DNA of 62,975 nt, counting the filler, from Octopus bimaculoides (taxonomy: Eukaryota): assembly GCF_001194135.2 (NCBI RefSeq). It is 7 parts of 7 records of this genome, joined end to end, with 100 filler letters (N's around TTAATTAATTAA, not from the genome) between each part and the next. Parts side by side here need not be neighbours in the genome. Positions count along the whole stretch, not along the records: positions 1 to 19,847 come from NC_068982.1; positions 19,948 to 33,915 come from NC_068981.1; 5 more parts are not named here. One strand, written 5' to 3'. The first letter of the stretch is position 1, and each line of letters opens with the position of its first letter. Both the position numbers and the translations under genes were made by a program. Shown one piece after another: positions 13,441 to 26,672 of the stretch. The notes under the pieces were generated by a model. It did no database searches, was not told the origin of the DNA, and saw only the letters and a program-made list of their open reading frames with translations.

Positions 13441-14054
13441 GATAATGATAGAAATAACAAATTCAAAAGATTTAGTATTTAATATATAATAAATATAACA
13501 ATATATATTATATACATATATACTCACACAAACACACACATACATACATACATTCATACGCACACACGCACACACACACACACACACAAGCACACAAACA
13601 CACACACACACACACACACACACANNNNNNNNNNNNNNNNNNNNNNNNNNNNNNNNNNNNNNNNNNNNNNNNNNNNNNNNNNNNNNNNNNNNNNNNNNNN
13701 NNNNNNNNNNNNNNNNNNNNNNNNNNNNNNNNNNNNNNNNNNNNNNNNNNNNNNNNNNNNNNNNNNNNNNNNNNNNNNNNNNNNNNNNNNNNNNNNNNNN
13801 NNNNNNNNNNNNNNNNNNNNNNNNNNNNNNNNNNNNNNNNNNNNNNNNNNNNNNNNNNNNNNNNNNNNNNNNNNNNNNNNNNNNNNNNNNNNNNNNNNNN
13901 NNNNNNNNNNNNNNNNNNNNNNNNNNNNNNNNNNNNNNNNNNNNNNNNNNNNNNNNNNNNNNNNNNNNNNNNNNNNNNNNNNNNNNNNNNNNNNNNNNNN
14001 NNNNNNNNNNNNNNNNNNNNNNNNNNNNNNNNNNNNNNNNNNNNNNNNNNNATA

Positions 14055-14085
<31 letters not shown>

Positions 14086-14121
14086 GTATGTATATACAGA
14101 TATATATATATGAATCTTTTT

Positions 14122-14152
<31 letters not shown>

Positions 14153-15915
14153 TGTATGCATTATTTTTATACTATTACACCTACTTATATCAGTACACAC
14201 ATTTACTTGTATACTTATATTTAATTATATCTGTATATTATCATTTATCTTATTATCCTGCTTCCGATTCCTTACCTTCAATCAATAGATAGTATGCACA
14301 CCTTTCCAGATAAATTCCATATGTAAGTGGTTTGAGTGGTCTATTTAGTGACCACCTAATAATTAGTTAAGTAAAGATGAGGTATTAAGTTGATTCTACA
14401 TAATAGTAATCTTCTTTTTAATGTTTTAATTGATCTATATATCTCTTTTAGATAACTTGGTTATGATATACCTTTCTAGCTTTTTTTAAAAAAATATTTT
14501 TATTTTTATACAACATAATAATATTGTTTATAAACGTTCTCCCACTGAGCCCCTAATGTTTTCCTAGACCTCATTGTAGCATCCTAACTTTCATAGTGTT
14601 TTGCCCTTTATCTGGTAAAAACATCATGAATTAATGTCACCCCTACCCTACCTCTTTTAGAGACATTTTCTACTGTCTAATTGACTCCTAAAGTTTTGTT
14701 TCTTTTTCATGGGGTTTGAGAAGTACCTGTGGCAATATGAAATTTATGACCAGCAGCCAGCTATGAGCTGTCAACTCACTTAACTGGATCCTAATCCACC
14801 AAGGGAAGGTATGTCGGAAAAAATTAATTCAACAACGCGGGTTGATGAACCGTAAGACGTGTGGCCAGAACCTCCTGGAAAATAACCATAGCGAGGGACA
14901 TCCCACAGTTGAATTAGAACAGTCACAAACAGTGAAAGAAGACATGCACCCAACACCAGAGCTGAAGACACCTCCGAAAGGGGGTGGCCCCGCCACGTAA
15001 AAACGGTAGAGGAGTAGGGGCCGAAACCGGACGTGGTTCCTCCTGATGATGTCTTGAGCTAACTGGATCCTATAAAGGAGCTGTTGTGGTAGCAGACCAC
15101 GAGACATGGTTGAAATTCCTCCTAGTCTTCTAGTCTTAGATTTTTGTTAACGATAAGGGGATAGATAAATTGGAGATGAATTACAACCCTATGATCCCCC
15201 ACTGTATTCCATGCCACTCTAGAAATGGTAGTCTGTTCTTGTCTTAGCTTTTCTTGTTACAATAGTGACAACATGAAATTCTTCCATCCTCATCCACCCA
15301 TGCTCTGTTAAAATATTTCAGAAAAATTATATCAATATATCTTGTCTGTTGAAAATCCATATTTGTTCAGCTGAAAGTAGAGCTGTAATTAAACTGATGT
15401 AATGATTGCATTGTTCAATTAAATGGAGCCGCTTGAAACGGTCGTACTGCACTACTACTTGACATCCTGTTACTTACTTTGATTTTATATTAATGTATGT
15501 ATGCATATNNNNNNNNNNNNNNNNNNNNNNNNNNNNNNNNNNNNNNNNNNNNNNNNNNNNNNNNNNNNNNNNNNNNNNNNNNNNNNNNNNNNNNNNNNNN
15601 NNNNNNNNNNNNNNNNNNNNNNNNNNNNNNNNNNNNNNNNNNNNNNNNNNNNNNNNNNNNNNNNNNNNNNNNNNNNNNNNNNNNNNNNNNNNNNNNNNNN
15701 NNNNNNNNNNNNNNNNNNNNNNNNNNNNNNNNNNNNNNNNNNNNNNNNNNNNNNNNNNNNNNNNNNNNNNNNNNNNNNNNNNNNNNNNNNNNNNNNNNNN
15801 NNNNNNNNNNNNNNNNNNNNNNNNNNNNNNNNNNNNNNNNNNNNNNNNNNNNNNNNNNNNNNNNNNNNNNNNNNNNNNNNNNNNNNNNNNNNNNNNNNNN
15901 NNNNNNNNNNNNNNN

Positions 15916-15956
<41 letters not shown>

Positions 15957-17091
15957 TATTTTCTTGGTAGAATTAGCAAAAATGTACTCAGTTCAGCGTG
16001 AGATAAGTGTTATTTAATGTACGTAAGAATTACAAGTGAGCTACTTCGAGTTTTATGCTCTGACAGTGCAGTAATTGAACACGCATATGTAGCGGACCGC
16101 GTGCGATCCGGCAATTGTTCAACTTCAAATGACATGGCTAATCTTTGAGGAAATGCGAGAAAACACTAAAAATCATCACGAGGAAAAAACAAGACTAAAA
16201 CGTATGTTAAGTGAAAAAGGAATAAAGGTCATGTCCCTTAAACCTATGAGATTATGAAAATTGTTGGTGTTGAATGTTTACCCCTAAAATAATTGTTTAA
16301 TGGGGCTAGTGAGATAGGAGACAGACACTATGCCTGATCGTCACTGGATGCGACAAACAGTTTAACGCACTTTACACTCCTTCAAACCCTACCATAAATC
16401 AAATGAAAATCGTAGATATATACAAAAACAGTTCTGCCATCCACTGTTGTCTTTATAAACCTAATAGCTAGCAACAGTAATAGGATCTCTAACCTCTCTT
16501 CCTTTAAAGAGATTTTCAATAAGGCATCCTATCATCCTATAATAGTAAACTGATCTAATGTGGCTTTACAAAATTGTTAAAGTATATTCCGCCTCGAACT
16601 ACAATCATAACCAAAAGTAAACATGGCCAAATTATCTGGTTCAGTCCCCAAAACAAATTCCTATCTACTAAAGACAAACATTTCCCCATCTAGAATTAGC
16701 TAAAATGGTTAGACTAATTCTATATTGTATGTTAAAAATACTAGAGTAAATTTAAGGTAATCAGTCATTGTACGAAAGTAATCACAAGATTTATTTACAT
16801 CTGTTTACTTTTCATAGCGTAGGCCTTAGCTGTTATCTAATTATATGCTTGTACGTACAATATCTATTAACCATGTATGTGTATATTTTGTTGTTTGTCT
16901 ATGGATCAACTCTGATTAAACAGAGCAATGACCAAAGATATTACAACTGCGATCATCCCGTCTCTTTTTTAAGGAATATCACATTCTAATTTATCTACTG
17001 TTTCCTATCTTGTACGACGGTCTGGTTGTAGATCTGGTAGTTGTTTCTAACCAACTAAGAACCTACGTAAAGGATTTACCGATGTAAATGA

Positions 17092-17350
17092 AAGAAGCAT
17101 GGCTAAACGATTAAGAAGTTCGCTTCGCAATCCCAAATCCTGGATTCGATCCTGATTCGCAACATCTTGAGGGAAGTGTTTTTATCATTGCCACTGATGA
17201 AAGCCCGAGTGAAAATGGAAACTATGTGGAAGATCGTCGACAACATTGCGAGTAATTCAAAGATTCAGTCGTGTCACATACTCATCTGAGAATTACATTA
17301 AGCATACAAATGTCTGTGGAATACTCAACGAGTTACTAATTAAATGACTA
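17092..17350 (+). mobile_element. Old, degenerate tRNA-derived SINE
   Basis: Head gcatggctaaacgattaagaagttcgc...ggattcgatcc; the block gagaattacattaagcatacaaatgtctgtggaatactca resembles the central domain of family B. Confidence 0.55.
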
Positions 17351-17592
17351 GATAGTATGTGTATGCGTTATGTTAACATATATGTAAGAATAAATAAACG
17401 GTTGTATATGTGCTTGTGTATATGTATGCCGTATCATCTTAGAGTAGATGCCATAAGCTCTGCAGCACCAGGGTCCTAAGTACCTATGAACCCATTAATT
17501 AATATAATTTCTATGTGGTTGGGGGCTCACTTCTTCATTACAATACTTCGGACCCTTCTGCAACATAAGTTTGCACAATTATGCTCATGCAT

Positions 17593-17654
<62 letters not shown>

Positions 17655-18280
17655 ACATACGTATATATATATATATATAAACATACGCACATATATATGT
17701 GTATGCATATATATATATCTCACTCTCACTCTCCTCTCTCCTTCTNNNNNNNNNNNNNNNNNNNNNNNNNNNNNNNNNNNNNNNNNNNNNNNNNNNNNNN
17801 NNNNNNNNNNNNNNNNNNNNNNNNNNNNNNNNNNNNNNNNNNNNNNNNNNNNNNNNNNNNNNNNNNNNNNNNNNNNNNNNNNNNNNNNNNNNNNNNNNNN
17901 NNNNNNNNNNNNNNNNNNNNNNNNNNNNNNNNNNNNNNNNNNNNNNNNNNNNNNNNNNNNNNNNNNNNNNNNNNNNNNNNNNNNNNNNNNNNNNNNNNNN
18001 NNNNNNNNNNNNNNNNNNNNNNNNNNNNNNNNNNNNNNNNNNNNNNNNNNNNNNNNNNNNNNNNNNNNNNNNNNNNNNNNNNNNNNNNNNNNNNNNNNNN
18101 NNNNNNNNNNNNNNNNNNNNNNNNNNNNNNNNNNNNNNNNNNNNNNNNNNNNNNNNNNNNNNNNNNNNNNNNNNNNNNNNNNNNNNNNNNNNNNNNNNNN
18201 NNNNNNNNNNNNNNNNNNNNNNNNNNNNNNNNNNNNNNNNNNNNNNNNNNNNNNNNNNNNNNNNNNNNNNNNNNNNNNNN

Positions 18281-18586
18281 TTACGTTTTAGTTGAAGTTG
18301 TGTTGGTCTTCCTGTAAGGGGATGTAGAATGGGTGCTATTTAAGCTCATTATTCCGATTTTAAACAAATGCATCTCCACGTGATTTTATGATTGAGGGAT
18401 GCGTCGTATATTTATAGCACCGTGCTTCCCTGTACTAACACCGCCGGTGCTATAAATATACGACGCATCCCTCAATCATAAAATCACGTGGAGATGCATT
18501 TGTTTAAAATCGGAATAATGAGCTTAAATAGCACCCATTCTACATCCCCTTACAGGAAGACCAACACAACTTCAACTAAAACGTAA
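18281..18586. repeat. Perfect 142-bp inverted repeat with 22-nt spacer
   Basis: 18281-18422 is the exact reverse complement of 18445-18586; the left arm starts at a gap edge. Confidence 0.95.
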
Positions 18587-18997
18587 GGCTTTCTTTACCT
18601 ATCGCTATTATTATATCACCATATACATTAATATATCCACTAATCACTTCTCCTACATCTCTTATACCATGAACTCTTAACATACTCCTCAACATTCTGA
18701 AGAGATCTGCCAAACCATTGGCAAGATTGAAACGTGCGTAAATGACTATTATATGACATCCACAATGATTCATTACATAACTTCAACCTCCACAATGACT
18801 CATTACATAACCTCCACATAAATATAATTATAAACTACGGTTTAAACAATAAATTACCTGCCTCTGGATGCCCTCTAACCAAGACGGTACCCGCACAGGT
18901 GATTCCCAGGAGTGCCTCCTGATTTAAACATCCCCTGGTTGCTTGGATGCTTCAGACTACCCCTGAAGGATTGAGGCAAGCCTATCATTTACCTATT

Positions 18998-19037
<40 letters not shown>

Positions 19038-19058
19038 CACACACACACACACACACAC

Positions 19059-19120
<62 letters not shown>

Positions 19121-19419
19121 GCATGTATATGTACAAACACGCACATACACACACACATGTATGCATTTATGTATTTATATATGTATGTTTATGTTATATT
19201 GATGTATATGTAAGGATAAAGAGGTATATGCTTGTGTGTGTTTATGCATGTGTTTGTGAAAACGACAGTGACATGAAGGTAAGACGTTCTTATTGGAGTT
19301 CATTTTGGCAACATTGTAAAGAAGGAAGAAGCGAAAATTGATAAAACGAGGTGTGACAAAAGTGAAGTTCACTCCTGGACACTTCTGTCTCGAGTCTTAC
19401 ATCTCATACTGCCAGCTAC

Positions 19420-19640
19420 CCGACTTCCATGGCGTAAAATTGACCGAGATTAAAACATCCCCTACCCGAACTGTACACCAGTCCGTCACAGGGTTGTTCA
19501 TTTACAGATCAACGGACTGGAGTAACGTGAAACAAAGGTTTTGCTCAAGAAAACAATACATCACACGGTTCAGAAATCGAAACCACGATTTCGTGATCGA
19601 AAGCGTAACACTCTAACCACTAGGCCACGAGCCTTCACGC
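19420..19640 (-). mobile_element. tRNA-derived SINE related to family C
   Basis: Reverse complement reads gaaggctcgtggcctagtggttagagtgttacgc...gtggtttcgatttctgaaccg...ttcttgagcaaaac, similar to 36263-36530. Confidence 0.7.
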
Positions 19641-19813
19641 AAGGAGAAGGAGACAAGTATTTTCCAACGTATAAATATAATACAACACAAATAATAAATG
19701 CGTATGCATGTATGTATGTATGCATGTATGTATTATGTATGTATGTATGTATGTATGTATGCATGCATGCATGTATGTATGTATGTATGTATGTATGTAT
19801 GTGAGTGTGTGTG

Positions 19814-19847
<34 letters not shown>

Positions 19848-19947
19848 NNNNNNNNNNNNNNNNNNNNNNNNNNNNNNNNNNNNNNNNNNNNTTAATTAAT
19901 TAANNNNNNNNNNNNNNNNNNNNNNNNNNNNNNNNNNNNNNNNNNNN
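19848..19947. other. Artificial 100-bp scaffold spacer N44-TTAATTAATTAA-N44 (12-mer also at 33960, 45926, 49630, 57764, 60171)
   Basis: The identical 12-mer, a stop in all six frames, sits centred in N runs six times. Confidence 0.9.
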
Positions 19948-19971
19948 ATATACATATATATATATATATAT

Positions 19972-21790
19972 CGGGAGTGGCCATGGGAACGAGAATAGAC
20001 CCCAACTATGCGAATCTGTTCGTTAGATACGTTGAGGCCAAAATATTCTCAAGTTGGACTGGTCCCACTCCTGAACTATACGGTCGTTCTATTGACGACT
20101 ATATCGGTGTGACCTTACTCTCCTACAAACATCGAGACGCTTTCCTCTCTTTTGTCAAATCTTTCCATCCTTCCCTGCCCTTCTCTTGCACTATTTCCGA
20201 CACCTCAGTCACCTTTCTCGACATTTCGGTCAGCATTCATCACTACACTCTCACCACTTCCATCCACTACAAACACACAGACTCACACTCATATCTCAAC
20301 GTCTCCTCCTCCCACCCTCAATACACCGAGCTCTCCATTCCCTACCCCCAATTCCTCGTCACTTCATCCTACGTGGATAATCCTTCACCACTATCCCCAC
20401 TACCCTTGCCAGAGCACGTTCCGTGGACCGTGCATGCGCTCTATCTCGTCGCACCCGCCCCGGCATCACCTGTCTCCCGTTTCCCTCACCTACCACTCCA
20501 GAAAAAAAAAAATCCTCAACGCACTATTCTCCGAGACTTCCACCGACTCCGGTACGACGCCTCCACTTCGCACATCTTCCCTAAACGACTCCTCCCCTCC
20601 TTCAAATGAGCCGTACGGGACCTTTTGGTCCACAGCTTCTTCCCTAACCCAACTCGTTCCTCTGCTCCCGCCCACGCTGCCGAACTTGCTCTCACCTCAC
20701 CACCTGCTCTTCTATCAACGGCATCTACTGCATCTCCTGCTCTCTCTGTCCTTCTCTATACATCGGTCAAACGGGCCCCCGCTTGGCTGACCGGTTTGCT
20801 GAACACCTCTGAGACATCCGATTCGGCAAATACACCCCGGTCTCGCGCTATTTCCGCTCTACCGGTCACTCTGTGTTCGGATTGTGCTTGCACAGGGGAC
20901 ATCAAAACTCCAGTCTTGGCCGTGAGCAGGGATTACTCTCCTGTCTTCGCTTCTTTGCGCCACATGGGCTCAACTTTCCTCCCCTCTTTATCTAACCCTC
21001 CTCCTCTCTCCTCTCTTCCTCTCACACCTACTTTCTCCTACCCACCTCTCCTCTTGCTCTGGCACAGACTTCCTCTCTTCATTCCTACCCGCCTTCTCCC
21101 TTCTACACTCTCCCTTCATCGTCAACTCGCCCTCGTTACCCCACTATTCCTATACAACCATCTCACCCCATCCTTGCTTCCCCCACTCTCACCTTCCCCA
21201 TAACCAAACACCACCACACCACACCGCACACGACCATACCACCATACCATACGCCACTACACCACACTATACACCACCACACCACACAACACCATACTTC
21301 ACCACATCACACCACCCGGCACCCACTAGCATTGACCACGTCCCAATACCCACAACAGAGCACACACTAGCGCTGACCACTTCCCAGTACCTACACTATC
21401 ATCCACACACCTACACATGCACACATGCAAACACACGCACCATCTCCTTTCCACACGATCATATACGCTCTCACGTACACACGCACTAGCACCTTCGCTT
21501 TATTATCTCCAGTACTTTATTATCTCCCCTCCTTCCTAGCTCTCCTGTGTTACCCCGCTGTCCGGCACTCGCCACGATAGATCGCTGGCCAATAAACCTT
21601 TTTCCTATTTTCTCTCCTTGTTTATTTCTGTGTTCCTTTCTGTCGAAGAGCGTAGGCTCCAAACGTAAAAGACTTTCTCACTTCCCGAACTTTAAACTAA
21701 TACATCTGTGTGTTGTTTGCATGCATGTCTTCGTCTTTTGTTTTTGTTTCTTTTTTGTAAATTCTCGTTATATATATAAATCAAGAAATG
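19972..21790 (+). mobile_element. Penelope-like element, 5'-truncated: RT C-terminus, GIY-YIG endonuclease and 3' pLTR-like region
   Basis: AMGTRIDPNYANLF, SIDD, FHPSLPF, VTFLDI, YKHTDSHSYLNVSSSHP. Around 20755: LYIGQTGPRLADRFAEHL*DIR (GIY-YIG). Terminal module at 21590-21770. Confidence 0.9.
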
Positions 21791-22929
21791 GAGTTAGACG
21801 TAAATGTTATTCAAATTTTTATACTTCCGTCATTTGTTTCGAAGAAAACAATGGTACTATATCTGAGGGAATAAAATGATGTAAATCAATGTAGTCATCT
21901 CATCGGGGGAAACGGAGATGATCACATTATTTTGTATCATTTTAGTTCTCCAGGAGTACCAATGTTTTCTTGGAAACATAAAGGTAAAATATCTAAAAAC
22001 GTTAATAATAATGATCAGTTGCTATATATATTGAACAGAAATGGCAAGAAAAGTTGCCTGTCGGTTTTCAATATTGAGCAATAATTGAGTGCAGATGAGA
22101 GTGAAATTCCACAAAGTTCACATATTGTTGACCAAAAGCAGGATCAGAAGATTTAACTTCAACTTCGTATGCTAAGTAAGTAACAAATAAATATACGATC
22201 AGCAATATAGTATCTAAGTACTTAAAAGCTCAGAATATATCGTCAGAAATGGTCGCATTGAAGGACCGAAACCCTGGTCGAGTGTTTGTGGACCTTTCGA
22301 CGGAAAATGTGGATATGAAATATTAATATATGTAAGATAAGGAATGTTTGCAACTTCTTTGGACATGCTTATATAAAGTGGGGAGAAGAAGGAAACGGCA
22401 GACAACATATTTATTGTGAACAATATTGTCAGTTCATTTGTTGATCATATTACACATCAGGGCGTTAACAGCTATCGCAATACAAGAATACTGAGCTGGG
22501 AATTATGTTGTTTGGGGCATGAATATATGACATACATACATATATATATATATATANNNNNNNNNNNNNNNNTGTCAGATTATATATATAATGAAGAAAA
22601 TAAAGGGAAACACTGATTATGCAGAAATCATATCTTTACATACATTCGAAATTATAAACTTGTTAGCACAATTCACACCTTACAGCAACCGATTTCAATT
22701 TAGAATATTATTATAATGAATATTCATCACTCCTTGTTGCTGTAAGACTCACACTCTTACATAAATATAATCTGACACTAAAGTGTATCACGCTGCATCA
22801 TTTTAAAGACGGACAAGATGACGTCATAAAACACACATTTACAATATTTCACTAGTTTTACAATGATTATGGATAAAGAAGAGAAAATGCATTCGATAAA
22901 GAGATATTGCTTCCACATCAAGCAATTAC

Positions 22930-22947
22930 CTTGTGCTAATCAGATTA
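22930..22947 (-). other. Candidate 18-nt micro-exon
   Basis: gctttttctgcag|TAATCTGATTAGCACAAG|gtaatt; a 55-nt intron separates it from the candidate exon at 23003-23076. Confidence 0.25.
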
Positions 22948-23002
22948 CTGCAGAAAAAGCATGATTCTTCTATCAAAAATTGTTTTCCAAAATCTTGCTT
23001 AC

Positions 23003-23076
23003 ATCTTATGGTTGCATGTTCAAAGCAGCCTTATTCACGTCGACTTTCCAAAGAATTTCACTCATCTTGATAGGAA
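23003..23076 (-). other. Candidate 74-nt exon; stops in all frames, so UTR, lncRNA or last coding exon
   Basis: tctttgtttttgtag|TTCCT...AAGAT|gtaagc; both splice sites are strong. Confidence 0.3.
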
Positions 23077-24317
23077 CTACAAAAACAAAGATTAACATTT
23101 GTAGTAACAAATTTTTATGATCCTAAAAGCGATTTCAGTAGTTACGTTCACTGATACCAAAATGAAACATTAATTCTGACAAAATTATTAGCTATTATAT
23201 TAAAAAGAATCGGCAGAATAACTTCTACATAAGTATGAAACTTAAAAGTAAAACAACCTTAATATCTTGTATAAGTGATTTAATTTCAGACAAGTTTAAA
23301 TGAAGAAAATGAAATCATGTTCATAATGCGGTCGAATCATAGGACTACCTGTTCTACACGCGGCAACATGTGGTATGTGGGATTGCGAGGAGAATTCCCT
23401 CATCGCTTTGCATGCATCACGGTCACGTCGAGCTGATTGCACTCATAAGCATGTACAATCCCTAATTCCGTGTCGGTATAATGTCAAGTCAAAAACATTT
23501 TATATTTCGAGTTGAAAGGCCTCCAGAGAAAGTTTTTTAGTTTCTTTCATCCACTACAATATCATCACACAAGTCATCGTTCATCATGCTTGCCACACAT
23601 TACTTATCGCCAGTGACATTTCTCATCTAGTTACTGACAAAGAAGGACTGAAAATATTCTAGATATCAGGCTTCAAATCAGAGGTTGAACTTTACAGAGG
23701 CATATTATTTTGACTAAGTTTCCTTCCATAGGCATTCATGGACGTTTCAGTTTCAAATGTAATAGTAACAATTCTAAAAAGAAAAAACAGTAAATAAAAA
23801 TAAGGTATCAAATTAGTGATAGTTTATATAACGTACTAAGGAAACATTCTAATTTATTAGCACAAATATACGCTGAGGTGAATAAACGGTAACTTAACGT
23901 TTAATCTATGCCGTGAATATCGTTTATAATTTTTAGAGAGCTATACCGTAGAGGAGGATTTGGAATCTTGATTGACTAAATGTGCCATTTATAAGACATT
24001 TTCTTTTAAGGTGAACAGAAAACTATAGATTATATTTTGCATTATGAACAGTTAATAATCCTGAAAACGAAACAAGCGATTAAGATCACTGATACCAATA
24101 GGTAGCGTCAGTTTTGACATAATTATTAGTTATTGATTTATTATAAAATAGGAGGATGCCTGAACAAGAGACTTCAAGAAATATAAAATCTAACGTTGCT
24201 TTCCCCAAATACAGTGTAAAGTCTACTGTAAAACCAAATAAAATATAATTATGTCACAAACAAGGAATATAGACGTATTACAGATGATAACGATCCTAAA
24301 GCACACACATGACTTAC

Positions 24318-24332
24318 TAATGGTGTGCCTGT
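24318..24332 (-). CDS. Candidate 15-nt micro-exon (TGTPL in phase 0)
   Basis: atatttcatttgcag|ACAGGCACACCATTA|gtaagt, followed by a canonical 92-nt intron ending ttttatttggttttacag|TAG. Confidence 0.35.
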
Positions 24333-24853
24333 CTGCAAATGAAATATATTGAATAACAATAGAATTTAAATAGCGAATAAATCAAAACAGTACTGTAGAG
24401 CACGAATTCAGAATATAAACTTGGATATATATGGGGTGTAAGCTGAATGTATTAGCTGTGAATAGAATTTCGCATAACTCCAGAGAGAATTTTCATATAT
24501 TTAAGGAAAGAATATTATGATGAGACAAGACAGATATAGGACGGGAAATTCACTTGCCCAGGTATATTTAAATATTTCTGTATTAAAATCAGATTTTGAA
24601 AATGTACTCTCTTATCACAGGCTGGATAATAACATAGAGAACTATCTATTTTTACATAGAAATACAAAGAAAAGTGGTTGAAGTGAGCTCCTGGTTTATC
24701 ACATTTACTGACATACAACCGCTGATGGAATTCGTATGTGATGGATGGTTCACTTTCGTATAATGAATGCCGCTACAGTCCTTCAAGGATGCTTTTGCAT
24801 GGTAGTTCATCCTGATAGAAATAGCAACGAATCTTATAAAATCACACACTCAC

Positions 24854-25140
24854 AACGGCTGTAATTAAAGAATGATACATTTCACAAAAAAAATTTGTTA
24901 TAACATCAAGATTAGAACACTCTTGCCAATAAATCTTCCCAGTGAGTGTTGAATTGTGTTGCACAATACAACAACCTTGTTCGAACTTCTGCTCAATTTC
25001 GGATGACCTGGGATGAAAACATGACAATGTACTATTTAGACTATGAAAAGAACACGTATGGAAGGTATAGGTTTGTGTGCGGACAAAATAATATGTTGAC
25101 AGGCAAAAATAGAAACAACCAAAAATGAAATAAATCATTT
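24854..25140 (-). CDS. Candidate coding exon of a small Cys-rich secreted or membrane protein (CTLD-like C-terminal motif)
   Basis: Acceptor ttttcctttgctatag|AA ATG and donor GTT|gtgagt; open for 95 codons. Hydrophobic N-terminus, two NST sequons, CIVQ...WQECSNLDVITNFFCE. Confidence 0.35.
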
Positions 25141-25789
25141 CTATAGCAAAGGAAAACTATTCACTGTTTCTCAAAGAAATGAAACATTTATTACGGCAAC
25201 TATTTCTTCCTGGCGCGAAGACTTGACATGTGAACAAAAGTCACTGCGTGAAATTCAGATTAAGGAATATATTTCCCAAAGAGATATCTTATTCTTACTT
25301 CATTTTCTGTTTGTATTAATTATTAGTTTTATATATTACGAAAAATGCTAATGTTTCTCAACACCAAAAAAAATGAACCTTTTGTATCAACAATATTTCG
25401 TACCGCTGAGATCTATCCCATGCATCTACAATCTGCAAGTATAATATTTACTACAGTATTGGCACCTCACTGCTAATAAAAGAATCACGCATTGAATCTT
25501 CACAAATAACATCATACCCTATTGAGACAGTAAATGGAATTTAATTCTTTAAATACGGCCAGTTTGATTGTTTAACTGAGATACTAGAATAAAGTTTGAC
25601 ACCGACAAGTCTTCTTTAAATAGGGCAACAATATTATTAAAATAAAACTCAAGTTACAAGCTCTTAGGTTTCTTTCTGGTCCAAGAATAAAAATAGAAAG
25701 GGAGGAATATTACAATTCATTTATCTGTTAAACTTCGCCTAAAGGTGGGGGCATCACAATGAAATGATTAGCCGAAAAATTGCCTCTGT

Positions 25790-26110
25790 TATTTATCTTT
25801 TTAAAGCCTGGTACTTATTCAATCATTCTCTTTTGCCGACTCGTAAAGTTACAGGAACGTAAAATCACTAATAGAGTGTGTTAAGCGGTGGGGAGAGGAG
25901 GAAGACTCAAAGACGCGAACGCACACACACACACATACATACATATAGAGATATATACATATGACATCTTTCAGTTCTTGTCTGGCAAATCACAGGGCTG
26001 TGCTCAGCGCGGCACTGTAGCAGAAAACACTGACTCAAAATGTCACACCGAGGGACTGATCCTGGAACCATGCGGTTGGGAAGTAAAATTCTTACCGCAC
26101 ACGCATGCCT
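25790..26110 (-). mobile_element. SINE family A, degenerate
   Basis: Matches other family A copies in reverse (ggaaccatgcggttggg...cacgcatgcctg). Confidence 0.7.
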
Positions 26111-26672
26111 GCTCTTATTTGAATTTTTTAAATTCTATTATCATCAGGAATCATTTATATAAAGGGTGTTTTTAGTGCATTCCCTATTTTCGATGTTCAC
26201 GCCGTGCATGTACATTACCAAAGATAGACGTTTTCCCATTTGTTATTTTCCGGTAAAATAAATAGCTACGTTGACGGTTGTCGTCAGATTTTCTAGGTGA
26301 TTTTTTAGCCAAAACGCTCATACAGCACTTTTCTTTGTCCTAAATTTCCCGGGACAGGATATGTATACGTATGAAATAATTATTTGGCACACTTGACTGA
26401 CAAATCATATAAGGGTGTGTTCTAATTTCTGAATTAGAGTAAGGTCAGAGAGATAAAAACATATCTTGTGAAGGTATACTAAATATAAGCAAGAATAAAT
26501 GTTTAACTCACGGGACAGTAAAGTGTTTTATCAACAGATAAGCCATAAGATTATTTATGTTGGTTATCACACCGTAAAACACGGTAACAATGTAAAAATT
26601 ATTACTGCTACACTGAATTTATCAGAGAAAGAGGAAAGGTATTGGGTAATCGAAATGACAAAATTAACTTAC

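Noticed and set aside
11732-14200. Many YIYI/CVCV/HTHT ORFs, also at 15.5, 17.6, 52.0 and 58.7-60.0 kb
   Set aside because: Translations of TA/CA/GT microsatellites and gaps.
21954-22331. Plus-strand exon-like units (a 30-nt ccag|GAGTAC...AAAG|gtaaaa, and NGRIEGPKPWSSVCGPFDGKCGYEILIY before gtaaga)
   Set aside because: Weaker sites, no coherent chain, and on the opposite strand to the better-supported candidates; consistent with chance in AT-rich DNA.
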